DNA of 64,000 bases from Candidatus Berkelbacteria bacterium (GTDB lineage: Bacteria; Patescibacteriota; UBA1384; UBA12157). The notes under the pieces were generated by a model. That model was given only the letters and a program-made list of their open reading frames with translations. It was not told the DNA's origin and ran no database searches. Shown here piece after piece: positions 1 through 9,280 of this stretch (position 1 is the first letter of the stretch; every line of letters starts with the position of its first letter). The stretch is from positions 9,217-73,216 of the forward strand of contig JBAXXI010000001.1 of NCBI GenBank assembly GCA_037127955.1. Reading direction: 5' to 3'. The translations under genes and the position numbers were made by a program.

Positions 1-302
1 AACTTATTATTTCCGGTTTTTGCCTTAAGACCTGCCAAGCCGCGACCTATACATAAATCACAAGGAGCAAAATTGAGATCGCCTACCGGTGCTCTCACGC
101 TCATTAAAACGTCACCTTTATTTGCAAGTTTTGTAACCTTTTTTGTATATGTGTCGAAGCTAGGATATAAAATACCGAATGTTCTGTTTCCTTGTAAAAA
201 TGGAACACCTTCAAAATCAGAATAATAAATAGATTCTGGCGATTGCCCTTGCACTACAAGAGCAACATTTGAAAGCTTGGTTTTGAAACCCACTCTAGTC
301 AT
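1..302 (-). CDS. hsdS: Type I restriction-modification specificity subunit, N-terminal part (runs off window start)
   Basis: Not in the ORF track. Manual translation from ATG at 302, overlapping the hsdM stop: MTRVGFKTKLSNVALVVQGQSPESIYYSDFEGVPFLQGNRTFG...KGDVLMSVRAPVGDLNFA...CIGRGLAGL, a typical HsdS target-recognition domain. Confidence 0.9.
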   Translation of the reverse strand, partial: MTRVGFKTKLSNVALVVQGQSPESIYYSDFEGVPFLQGNRTFGILYPSFDTYTKKVTKLANKGDVLMSVRAPVGDLNFAPCDLCIGRGLAGLKAKTGNNK

Positions 303-1905
303 ATTTTAATCCATTTAACTGTTTTTTAATTTCAGATTCTAGATTTTTTGAGTCGGTGAAAAGCTCATTCAAATTCTTTTTATAGTCATCGATCTTACTA
401 GAAAATTGTTCTGGTGTGATATCTACATACTCAATTTTGACATCAAAATATTGCCCGGCTGATAACGAATAATTCTTTTCTTTAATCTCGCTATATTCAA
501 TAACAACAGAAAAATTTTCGATTGGCTCTTTAGTCTTGAAAGCAGAAATAATTTTTGATTCATCTTCACAGCTAAGTAGAGTTTTCTGATTTTTGCCATC
601 TTTTACTTTTTTCCCAAGTTTCGAAGCATCGACTAGCACAACTTTATCAGTGTTAGTTTTGTCGATAAAAAGAATGGACACATTCGTACCGGTAGTCGCA
701 AATATATTCGATGGCATCGAAACAACACCCTTAAGCCATTTCTTTTCTACTAATTTCTCACGAATCTTTTTTTCAATCCCGCTCTGCGCGGTAATAAAGC
801 CGGTAGGCACAACAATGGCCGCTTTTCCGGTATCATTCAGGCTCCGCATAATGTGTTGAATAAACAGTAAATAAATTGACATTTTGTCTTTGTCTTTATT
901 TGGGGTATTCGGTATGCCGGCAAAAAAACGCTCATTAAACTGTGGCAGTGATTCTAGATCATCACGCCAATCCGAGAAGTCCAATTTGAAAGGCGGATTG
1001 CTTACAATGAAATCCATCTTCTGTGGATGGCGATTGTTAAGAATTGTGTTACCTTGCACAATATTGTTGATACTATGGCTGAGACCATTTAGAATCAGGT
1101 TTAACCGTAAAAGGTTTGATGATTTCTGGCTGATGTCTTGGCTGTAAATCGTGCTTTTATCTGTGCCGATTTTACTCGCAATATTCATAAGCAGTGTTCC
1201 AGAGCCGGCACCTGGGTCGTAAACCTTCACATTTGTTGGCTTTGAATTACCTACAAGAATTTCCGCCATAACTTTAGCGACTGAATGAGGGGTGAAATAT
1301 TCGGCATATTTGCCGCCGCCGTCCTTGTTATAGTCCTTAATCATATACTCAAAAAGCGTTGAGAAGAAATCGAAGCCAGCTGAAAAAATGTCATCAAAGT
1401 TAAACTTGCTGTCGGCCAGTTTGTTGATAATGGATTTTGCAACAGCGTTGTGTTTTGAACGATCGGAAACAGCACTCTGTATGAGCTGTTCTTCAAACAA
1501 ACGAATCTCTGTTTTGCCATCTGTATGAACTGAGAAAACTGCGGAGTTAGTTACAGCAATATCGTTGAGCGTATCGTCAAATTTTTTAGCAAAATCAGAG
1601 TCTTCTTGATGTTTAAAAAGATAAGATAGCAGATGTTCCGGTTTTAAATGGGCTGAATTGTTTCCAAGTTTCATTAATAACAAACCGTATTCATTATTAC
1701 TCAGCTTTTTTAAGTCATCATATGTTTGAAGCGATGAATCAATTTTTGAAACTTCGTAAATGAATCTATCGTTTAAAAACTTGTAGAGGAAACATTGCGT
1801 TACAATTTTATATTCATTCGCATCACCACCAAGACCATTGTGAGCACAAATAGCCTTTATATCATCAACTAATTGTTTCGTTTTATTGTTATACTCTGTT
1901 TCCAT
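295..1905 (-). CDS. hsdM: Type I R-M N6-adenine DNA methyltransferase subunit
   Basis: EYFTP, VYDPGAGSG (SAM binding) and NPPF catalytic motif; lies between hsdR and hsdS. Confidence 0.95.
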   Translation of the reverse strand: METEYNNKTKQLVDDIKAICAHNGLGGDANEYKIVTQCFLYKFLNDRFIYEVSKIDSSLQTYDDLKKLSNNEYGLLLMKLGNNSAHLKPEHLLSYLFKHQEDSDFAKKFDDTLNDIAVTNSAVFSVHTDGKTEIRLFEEQLIQSAVSDRSKHNAVAKSIINKLADSKFNFDDIFSAGFDFFSTLFEYMIKDYNKDGGGKYAEYFTPHSVAKVMAEILVGNSKPTNVKVYDPGAGSGTLLMNIASKIGTDKSTIYSQDISQKSSNLLRLNLILNGLSHSINNIVQGNTILNNRHPQKMDFIVSNPPFKLDFSDWRDDLESLPQFNERFFAGIPNTPNKDKDKMSIYLLFIQHIMRSLNDTGKAAIVVPTGFITAQSGIEKKIREKLVEKKWLKGVVSMPSNIFATTGTNVSILFIDKTNTDKVVLVDASKLGKKVKDGKNQKTLLSCEDESKIISAFKTKEPIENFSVVIEYSEIKEKNYSLSAGQYFDVKIEYVDITPEQFSSKIDDYKKNLNELFTDSKNLESEIKKQLNGLKYD

Positions 1906-4900
1906 TAGTTTTCTCCTTTATATTCGCTAGTATACTCATCAGCCAGAATATCTCTTATCCGGCCTGCATTTGCGACATCAAGAACTGGGACTTGTGAATT
2001 CTCAAAACTATCGACTGTAGCCTGACCGATAAAATTAGAGAAATAACCATCATTATCAACCAAGTTTTTGTTTTTACCAAGTTTCTCGGCTATCAATTTT
2101 TTAATATCTGATAGCACATCGAACAAAGGCTGATTTTGGTTGACACGACCAGTCGGTTCAAGCAATTTGAAGGTGCGGGCATACTTACGGTCACCGTCAA
2201 ATTTCTCAAGTACGACTTGATTCTTGCGGTTTAGCTCTCGGATTCGATCGTAAATGTGTTTTAACTCGGTTGAAGCATATTCCATCTTTTCTTTATTGCC
2301 ACTAGCTTCACTTTCATTGTATTCAGAAAGCAGGCGAGTGAATTCCTCGTATAAGGTTACCCATTCTGGGTCTTTCTGATTATAGTTCCTATCCAGTTCC
2401 AAGCGAGTGTTCCGGGCAATCTCCTGTAAATCATTTGCCAACAGCTTTAACTCTTCTTCGCCAGTCTTAGTAAATTCAAAAATTACTCCCTCGATAGCAG
2501 TATTGAGTAGTTCCTTACTATTAATATCATTTGTAGCATCCTTTAAATTGAGGAGCTTCAAGCGATTACTAACTTCGGTAAGCAATTTGGCAATGAGTTT
2601 AAAATCAATTTTTTCAAGGATTTCTGTGTAACCTAGCAGCCTCGCAATATTATATATATCGCGTGCCGACTCTAGCGATTTCTTTAATTGATTTATTGTT
2701 TCTTTGTCGTTAATTGCACTTATTTGACGACTGAAGGTTTCAAGATTATCTGTTGAGAATTCGGAAAGCATACTTAAAACAATAGCGATCTCTTCATCAA
2801 TTTCAGACTTACTCATAAAAAGTGAACCAAAAATGTTGTTTGGATCATCGTTTTCATCCATACCTTCGCTATATTCACGATTCAATTCGTCAAAGTAGGC
2901 CTGGTTGGTGACTTCGAACTCTTTGCTGATATCAGCAAAATCCACTACATAGCCAATGCGAAAATCACGGTATGGTCGGTTGACGCGTGTGAGTGTCTGT
3001 AATAGATTATGGGCGCGTATTTTTCTACCGAGATAGAGTTTCTTAAGTCTTGGAGCATCAAAACCGGTTAGAAGCATTGAATATACAAACAATAAATCCA
3101 GTTTACCGTCTTTAAAGTCTTTGATTTCCGTTTCGCGTGTTTCTTTATCATCTTCATCATGGAGAATAAGGGCTGCTTTAAGACCATGTTCACTAGATTT
3201 TTCATTAAACTGTCGAAACATTTCGCGCGCTTGATCAGAGCTATCTGCTACAACCATACCCCCAATAGTTTTGTCCCCGAAACGAATGCGAGAATTTTTG
3301 AAATCCTTAATAATGTATTCGAGCATTGGATCGACAAAGTTACTATGAGATCGTATTTCTTTACGATCAATCGAACCGAGTTTAGTTTCTATTTCATGAA
3401 CAATCTCGTTTAACTTGGCCTTGTAACTCGTTTCAATTTCTTCGCGCAGTAGCTTTAAAGTATATCCATCTTTGATCGAATTATTATAATAATATTTATG
3501 AATGTAGTTACCAAAAATATTGCGAGTAGTTCTTACATCTTGCTTATCACTTAGCTCTTCGTCATCTTCTTTATGTTCACCGTAAACTATTAGCGGTGTA
3601 CCGGTAAGCGCAATTTTAACAGCTGATTTGTCGGAATTATATAGATTAGCGAGAAATGATCCTTTTGGATCATAGCTTCGATGGGCTTCATCGATAAAAA
3701 ATATACGTTGAACATTAATATCATAGCCAGAATTGTTAAATGCGGTAGTGTCATCTTTAAATTTTTGTATATTCACGACCGTAATACCGGCTGTAGTAGT
3801 GTTTGAGGCAAAATCACGCACTAGTGATTCTTTGTTGTCGATAGTCTGTACTTCAAGACCGCGCTTTCTAAATTCATTGCGAGCTTGTTTTGCTAAATCT
3901 AGGCGGTCAACTATAAAATAGAATTTTGAAATAACACCTTTTTTGGCGTAGTAATCGGTCAAATATTTAACACCATAGTAACTCAAAGCGGTTTTTCCAG
4001 ATCCTTGGGTGTGCCATATAATACCGCGATCATTGCCTGCGTCCAAATAGCGTGCAATAGCTTTTGTTGCAAAAAATTGCGGGTAGCGCATAATGTGCTT
4101 TTGAATAACCGTCTCGCCGGTTATTTCGTCAATCTCATCAACATACGCGATACCATATCGAAGAATCATGATGAGACGTTTCTTTTCGAATAAAGAGCTA
4201 ATAACTCGATTGGTTGGAGCATCAATATCTTTATTACTGATAAACTCTGGCGAGTGTTTTATAACTTCGAGATTAGTGTCTCTTAATACAAAATCTTCGA
4301 CTACTTCGTCGAGGTTGTGAATTTCATCAATAATCTCGCTCTTTCGTTCTTCGCGAAAATTGTTAAACTTTGCACGAGAGTTCTTGGCAGTAGTCGCGTA
4401 GAATGCACCCTGAAGCTGATCGGCAGTTGTATCGTCGTATTCCATATTGTTTGAAAATACGAGCAATTGGGTAATATTGATAAACTTACGAAACTTTTCG
4501 TTTGCAAACCGCATGTTGATACGGTCACGCTCAGCCTTGATACCTTCTGGGTTGTTTGGTTTCTTCACCTCTATGAAAGCCAGCGGCAAACCGTTAATAA
4601 AGATTGTGATATCTGGTCGGAACTCATCTTCTCCATTTTTATTGGCGAGTTCGGTCGTAACAAGATATGAGTTTTTTTCTGGATTTTCAAAATCTACTAG
4701 CTTATAATTTCCTCCGTCCGTGCCGATGAGTTTTTTGTAAAATTCTCGCCCCAAGTCATCATTGCCAAGAGATTGCTTTACATCAGAAAAAAATCCATCG
4801 AACTCACCATTTTGCGAGTCTGTGATGTTATTTATTTTATTAAACTGATCACGAAACTCATTCACAATAATACTTGTTTCGGGATCAATATTATAATTTT

Positions 4901-5000
4901 TGTCTTTCAGAGAGAAGTATTTGTAGCCTAAACGAGTAAAATGAAGTAACGATGGAATCTTTACTCTAGAATCCTCTGAAAATGAATTATCTTTTGCCAT
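1905..5000 (-). CDS. hsdR: Type I R-M restriction subunit
   Basis: PDITIFINGLPLAFIEVK nuclease motif, HTQGSGKT Walker A, DEAH, LTGTP, LTGFDAP, QTLTRVNR. Confidence 0.96.
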   Translation of the reverse strand: MAKDNSFSEDSRVKIPSLLHFTRLGYKYFSLKDKNYNIDPETSIIVNEFRDQFNKINNITDSQNGEFDGFFSDVKQSLGNDDLGREFYKKLIGTDGGNYKLVDFENPEKNSYLVTTELANKNGEDEFRPDITIFINGLPLAFIEVKKPNNPEGIKAERDRINMRFANEKFRKFINITQLLVFSNNMEYDDTTADQLQGAFYATTAKNSRAKFNNFREERKSEIIDEIHNLDEVVEDFVLRDTNLEVIKHSPEFISNKDIDAPTNRVISSLFEKKRLIMILRYGIAYVDEIDEITGETVIQKHIMRYPQFFATKAIARYLDAGNDRGIIWHTQGSGKTALSYYGVKYLTDYYAKKGVISKFYFIVDRLDLAKQARNEFRKRGLEVQTIDNKESLVRDFASNTTTAGITVVNIQKFKDDTTAFNNSGYDINVQRIFFIDEAHRSYDPKGSFLANLYNSDKSAVKIALTGTPLIVYGEHKEDDEELSDKQDVRTTRNIFGNYIHKYYYNNSIKDGYTLKLLREEIETSYKAKLNEIVHEIETKLGSIDRKEIRSHSNFVDPMLEYIIKDFKNSRIRFGDKTIGGMVVADSSDQAREMFRQFNEKSSEHGLKAALILHDEDDKETRETEIKDFKDGKLDLLFVYSMLLTGFDAPRLKKLYLGRKIRAHNLLQTLTRVNRPYRDFRIGYVVDFADISKEFEVTNQAYFDELNREYSEGMDENDDPNNIFGSLFMSKSEIDEEIAIVLSMLSEFSTDNLETFSRQISAINDKETINQLKKSLESARDIYNIARLLGYTEILEKIDFKLIAKLLTEVSNRLKLLNLKDATNDINSKELLNTAIEGVIFEFTKTGEEELKLLANDLQEIARNTRLELDRNYNQKDPEWVTLYEEFTRLLSEYNESEASGNKEKMEYASTELKHIYDRIRELNRKNQVVLEKFDGDRKYARTFKLLEPTGRVNQNQPLFDVLSDIKKLIAEKLGKNKNLVDNDGYFSNFIGQATVDSFENSQVPVLDVANAGRIRDILADEYTSEYKGEN

Positions 5001-5002
5001 TT

Positions 5003-7105
5003 TTATTCCTCACTTATTTCGTCTGATTCCCTATTTTTTTGAAAAGATTGTTCTATTAAAGTCATCAAATAATCAATTTGAGTTTCGGAATTAATTTTTG
5101 CTTCTACATTGCCATTACCCCAATGGCCAAGACCAGTTACATCATAAGACATCTTCTCCGGATCGATAATTTCGTTATAATCCATGTTCATACAAACCTT
5201 TAATTGGTTTTTCTGCGGTATAATGTCGACAAAATTCGTACTATTTTTGTAAGCAATATACTTGGCTTTTATAACCTCTTTTACAGAAGAATCAATGTTT
5301 AATATACGCTGTCTCAGTTTATTAAAAAGATCCAAAATATTTCCTTGCAAATATTCCTTATAAATATCTAGTGTATATATTTGTTCCGTTTCATCAGTAT
5401 CGACTTGCTTATATTTTTGAATAATTTCACTTGGCAAGGATGGGGCAATCCAAATTTTCACCGCTTTCACCGCGAGTTCTTTACCTCTTTTGGTAATCTC
5501 TTCTTCGTTCCATGACGGCAAATTTGCTAATGAATAATTCAATCTAATAGGGCTATCTTTGAATCCTCCCTCCATCGATTGTTTATCCGCAAAAGCTTTG
5601 TCGCTCAGTTCGGGATTATAGCCTGTCAATGTTAGGTTTCCGATCGTATGAAGATACTTCTCCTGAATCTCTTTCCAATTATCACCCAAATTGGCCTGCC
5701 ACTCGCTTGATAACTTCGGATTTTGTGGCATTATATGTTCAATTGTGAAGGTATCGACAGATACCTTTTCTTTTCGGCCAAAATTTTCTAATTTGTCTAA
5801 AAGATAATTGCGTCTAGAAAAGTTATATACATCTTTTATAAGAAGTTCGCTCATAAATTCTTCGTCATTTGGGAATCTCCGGTAGGAATCTTTCGCCAGC
5901 AATACCGCCTTAACGCTTTCTAAATAATTATCTCGATCAATAAACTTGGCCAAATTGCCGAAAGTTTTATTCATTGAATTTGTTGGGATACCACAAACTC
6001 CACGTCTAAACACATACGATTCGACTAAACGCAATATCTCGATTAGCTCTTCTTTTATAATTCTATTTTGATCATAATCTTCTAAGACCACCATTAGAAA
6101 TGGATACGCAACATCAACCTTTAGCGTATTAATGTCTTTAATCGTACCCCTTATTTCAGTATCGTTAACTCTCTCAAATGCAAGTTCAACAAAACGCTTG
6201 GAGTGATGATAGACATCGGCAACTATCTCGGAAATCGTTAATTTACAACTACTAGCGTAAACTTTAAAATTTTCATAAATTTGGTTTATATTAGGAATTC
6301 TTCCAGTTTTGATTGTTAAATAATCGCGCATAAATCTATCAAAAAGAACTGAATATTCAGCGTGACCAAAACTTTGTTCCATCGGGTACCATGACTTTTC
6401 ATACACTTCCACTTGATCATCTTGTTCAAGTCCCATTAAAACATAATTACGAATTAAATCAGCTTGGGATAAATCTAGTCCAGTTGAATTGAGACTTTCA
6501 AATATTAATTGTGGATTGTCTCTATCCCTATCAAGAGCTATATCCACGATAATTAGCTTGCTGATTCCCTTGTATAATTCTTCAACATCAATATTCAATT
6601 CTTTTATTTTGTTTATAAAAAAATTATAATTTTCATTTATTCTGCCAGATTGATTTTCTACAGCGCTTCTACCTTCAAGCAAATTAATAAAAGCTTCTCT
6701 GTCGCTTTTGGTTAACATTAATCTGTATTTTAGGTCGCCTTCTTCTTCACTATTAATCAAATAGTAGTTATTTATTTTTCTTTTTGACATATCCGAGGTT
6801 TCATCTTGATCTGCGATAGAATCACGGATTGCCATCATCAATAAAGAAAGGGTGGTTAGCCTTTGCTGGCCGTCAATCACTAGAAGTTTAGAAACAGCTG
6901 CGACCTGATATAGTCCATTTTCAATATAAACGATCGATCCAATAAAATGACCGCCGGTTTCTTCACTTTTTACCGCGCGCAAGATGTCGCTCCAGAGTTC
7001 ATCGCATTGTTTAGTCGTCCAGCTATAGGTTCTCTGGTAAATAGGTATAATAAATTGTTTCGTGCCTTGTAAAAATTTCGTTAGACTTGTTTCTACTGCT
7101 TTCAT
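5003..7105 (-). CDS. GmrSD-like DUF262 + DUF1524 (HNH) nuclease with C-terminal DUF5655-like domain
   Basis: IPIYQRTYSW, IDGQQRLTTL and IFESLNSTG (DUF262); TIEHIMPQ...IGNLTL (DUF1524 HNH); C-terminal GHWGNGNVE. Confidence 0.88.
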   Translation of the reverse strand: MKAVETSLTKFLQGTKQFIIPIYQRTYSWTTKQCDELWSDILRAVKSEETGGHFIGSIVYIENGLYQVAAVSKLLVIDGQQRLTTLSLLMMAIRDSIADQDETSDMSKRKINNYYLINSEEEGDLKYRLMLTKSDREAFINLLEGRSAVENQSGRINENYNFFINKIKELNIDVEELYKGISKLIIVDIALDRDRDNPQLIFESLNSTGLDLSQADLIRNYVLMGLEQDDQVEVYEKSWYPMEQSFGHAEYSVLFDRFMRDYLTIKTGRIPNINQIYENFKVYASSCKLTISEIVADVYHHSKRFVELAFERVNDTEIRGTIKDINTLKVDVAYPFLMVVLEDYDQNRIIKEELIEILRLVESYVFRRGVCGIPTNSMNKTFGNLAKFIDRDNYLESVKAVLLAKDSYRRFPNDEEFMSELLIKDVYNFSRRNYLLDKLENFGRKEKVSVDTFTIEHIMPQNPKLSSEWQANLGDNWKEIQEKYLHTIGNLTLTGYNPELSDKAFADKQSMEGGFKDSPIRLNYSLANLPSWNEEEITKRGKELAVKAVKIWIAPSLPSEIIQKYKQVDTDETEQIYTLDIYKEYLQGNILDLFNKLRQRILNIDSSVKEVIKAKYIAYKNSTNFVDIIPQKNQLKVCMNMDYNEIIDPEKMSYDVTGLGHWGNGNVEAKINSETQIDYLMTLIEQSFQKNRESDEISEE

Positions 7106-7108
7106 ATT

Positions 7109-7408
7109 TTATTCCTCAATTTTCGCCCGATTAATAATATTTTCAATGACCCAATATTTATAGCCAGCAATCTCTAAGTATTTATATTCTTTGTCATAAA
7201 ATGGCTTAATGTAACCATTTGAATCTATTTCTCTTACGAACATTTTTATTTCGTCTGATTTGTCTGGATAATCATCGATAACAACATATTCATGCGGAAT
7301 TTCCGGCATGGTTTTGGCAAATGTCCAAGCTAAATGAGAAATTAGTTTTGTAATTTCTTTTTGCAAATTCATTAGCTTTATTTTACGCTTCTGGAGGGAT
7401 TTATTCAA
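7109..7408 (-). CDS. Small conserved hypothetical protein (WTFAKTMPxxPHEY family); ATG at ~7372 is the likelier start
   Basis: Motif-rich ORF (WTFAKTMPEIPHEY...YLEIAGYKYW...IINRA) ending 3 bp upstream of the DUF262 gene. Confidence 0.7.
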   Translation of the reverse strand: MNKSLQKRKIKLMNLQKEITKLISHLAWTFAKTMPEIPHEYVVIDDYPDKSDEIKMFVREIDSNGYIKPFYDKEYKYLEIAGYKYWVIENIINRAKIEE

Positions 7409-7493
7409 GTTTACAAAAACACCTGGTCAAGAATTCCAAGAATTATCAATATTTTTTTGGGAAAGAGTTAATTATTTAGGAATCAATACAAGA

Positions 7494-7712
7494 TTAATCT
7501 CGTCTTTCTTCATTTAGATTGAAACTAACATTTTTATTGTTTATTTGAATTCGGTTTTTGGTTTGCAACTCATTAAAAGCCTGCTGGAAGGTCATTCGTT
7601 TTTCTTTAACCATTCTTTCCAATGTAAAATAAAGAGCCAGCGGCACAGTGTAGCCATCTGCTTTCATTTTTTTATACCATTCGGCAACAGTTTTAAATTC
7701 ATTAATATCCAT
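7494..7712 (-). CDS. Hypothetical protein, 72 aa
   Basis: ATG-started ORF co-oriented with the island genes and filling the intergenic gap; no recognised motif. Confidence 0.55.
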   Translation of the reverse strand: MDINEFKTVAEWYKKMKADGYTVPLALYFTLERMVKEKRMTFQQAFNELQTKNRIQINNKNVSFNLNEERRD

Positions 7713-7796
7713 ATCTTGATTATATCAGAAAGTGGTAAATTATTAATTCAAAAAGTCCATATTTCACAGCAAGCATAGTATGACAAAATCACACTT

Positions 7797-8522
7797 TTAT
7801 TTGTAAAGAAAACTTATCAAGCCGAAAACAAATTTTGCTCCTTTCAACGATACTATTAATACTTTAACGATGGCAAATAACCACCACGCGAGAAACGGAA
7901 CAACTACTCCCAAAAAGAACAATTTGATCTTAGCCAGTTTATTCTCTTCAAGATTCTTGGCCATATTGCGATATAGCCGCTCATACTGAAACTTGTAGGC
8001 TTCAGCCAGCTTTTTGCTTAGCCCCAGATAAGACATAGTTTCTTGCACCAATATCTCATCCGAGATTCGCCTCATCATTTCACGACTTTGTCTTTGCGAA
8101 AGAATATTTAAGCTCCCTTCCCAAAGTATTTCGCGATCAATAATGGCTAATTTTTCATGAACAAATCCTGGCAGATGAGTAATATGGGCGCCGGACTCTT
8201 CATAATCCTTAAGTGCACAAGAAATTTCCGCTTTCATGAAATAATCATGTTCTTCAAGCGGTCTGGTAAAAATAAAAACCGGTATGTTTCTTTTCCGAAG
8301 TTCAATAAGCGTCCGTCTGAAAAATTCCGATCGAAACTTTGAAACAAACGGGCTGTAAATAACCACTTCTTTTTTGGCGGCCAACATATCTTTAACGAAT
8401 GCCTGATAAAAACTCTTTTCATTAAAAAGATTGCCTTTTTGCATTTCTTTCAATTTCTTGGCATCAACTTCATTTTGGATATTTGTAAGATGCTGCCTAT
8501 ATGCCGGTGATTGTCGTAACAT
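7797..8522 (-). CDS. Phospholipase D-superfamily (single HKD) protein with C-terminal transmembrane segment
   Basis: HEKLAIIDREILWEGSLN matches HxK(x4)D(x6)GSxN; IYSPF upstream; hydrophobic tail LFFLGVVVPFLAWWLFAIV; AGGAGG RBS before the ATG. Confidence 0.8.
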   Translation of the reverse strand: MLRQSPAYRQHLTNIQNEVDAKKLKEMQKGNLFNEKSFYQAFVKDMLAAKKEVVIYSPFVSKFRSEFFRRTLIELRKRNIPVFIFTRPLEEHDYFMKAEISCALKDYEESGAHITHLPGFVHEKLAIIDREILWEGSLNILSQRQSREMMRRISDEILVQETMSYLGLSKKLAEAYKFQYERLYRNMAKNLEENKLAKIKLFFLGVVVPFLAWWLFAIVKVLIVSLKGAKFVFGLISFLYK

Positions 8523-8597
8523 TGTGCCCTCCTTAATTTATTTTGATATAGATTATGACTTTGTGTTATACTCGCCTTGTAATATGAAAGGAATAAT

Positions 8598-8816
8598 ATG
8601 AACGAAAAAGAACTTGAAGAAATGTTTGCCAACCCGTTTTATGCTGTTAATATTTTGCCGTCACTTTGCTTGGAACATGAGCCGATGGTCTCCAAGGAAA
8701 CTTGGGTCAAGGCTAACGCTAAGATGATTGACGAAATCGGCAAAGTAGAATGGCTAAAACGACTTCTTGATGTCTTGGAATCCGGCGGCCCGCAGAGCGA
8801 TCAAACGGCTGAATAG
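8598..8816 (+). CDS. Small hypothetical protein with NPFY...HEPMVS motifs
   Basis: AAAGGA RBS and ATG; motif pair resembles the end of the large serine recombinase recombinase domain. Confidence 0.65.
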   Translation: MNEKELEEMFANPFYAVNILPSLCLEHEPMVSKETWVKANAKMIDEIGKVEWLKRLLDVLESGGPQSDQTAE

Positions 8817-8870
8817 CTAGTTTTCTCTTACTCACTGGCGTTTAGGTGTAAAATCTGCTAAAATAACAGC

Positions 8871-9086
8871 ATGGGTACTGATAATTCTCTAAAAATGAAT
8901 CAAACAATCGGCGAACAGTTCAAAGCAGCTAGGGAAAAACTTCACCTGACCCAATTGGAGGTAGCCGAAAAAGCTGAAATAAGCACTAATTACTACGCGC
9001 AGATGGAACGCGATGAAGTTAATCCCTCAGTTGAAAAGGTGCGAGAAGTTAAAGAAGTTTTAAAAATAAAAGAGATCAAGATATAA
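8871..9086 (+). CDS. XRE/Cro-family helix-turn-helix transcriptional regulator
   Basis: IGEQFKAAREKLHLTQLEVAEKAEISTNYYAQMERDEVNPS is a typical HTH_3 pattern. Confidence 0.88.
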   Translation: MGTDNSLKMNQTIGEQFKAAREKLHLTQLEVAEKAEISTNYYAQMERDEVNPSVEKVREVKEVLKIKEIKI

Positions 9087-9230
9087 ATTTATCCTGATCT
9101 TTGGGTAGATATGCTCTCATAATTTGATCGAGCCACTTCAAAAGGTGTTCGAAGGAAAGTGCATTAAGTCTACCATTCAACCAGCTCATGACGAGCTAAA
9201 TGAAAATGACCTTTTAAGGTCTTTTTTAGT

Positions 9231-9268
9231 ATTAAAAAATACGATCCAATTGGGTCGTATTTTTTAAT
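9231..9268. terminator. Bidirectional intrinsic terminator between the convergent XRE and DEAD-box genes
   Basis: attaaaaaatacgatcc-aatt-gggtcgtattttttaat inverted repeat; a smaller hairpin plus T run lies at 9208-9227. Confidence 0.75.
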
Positions 9269-9280
9269 TTAATTTATTTT

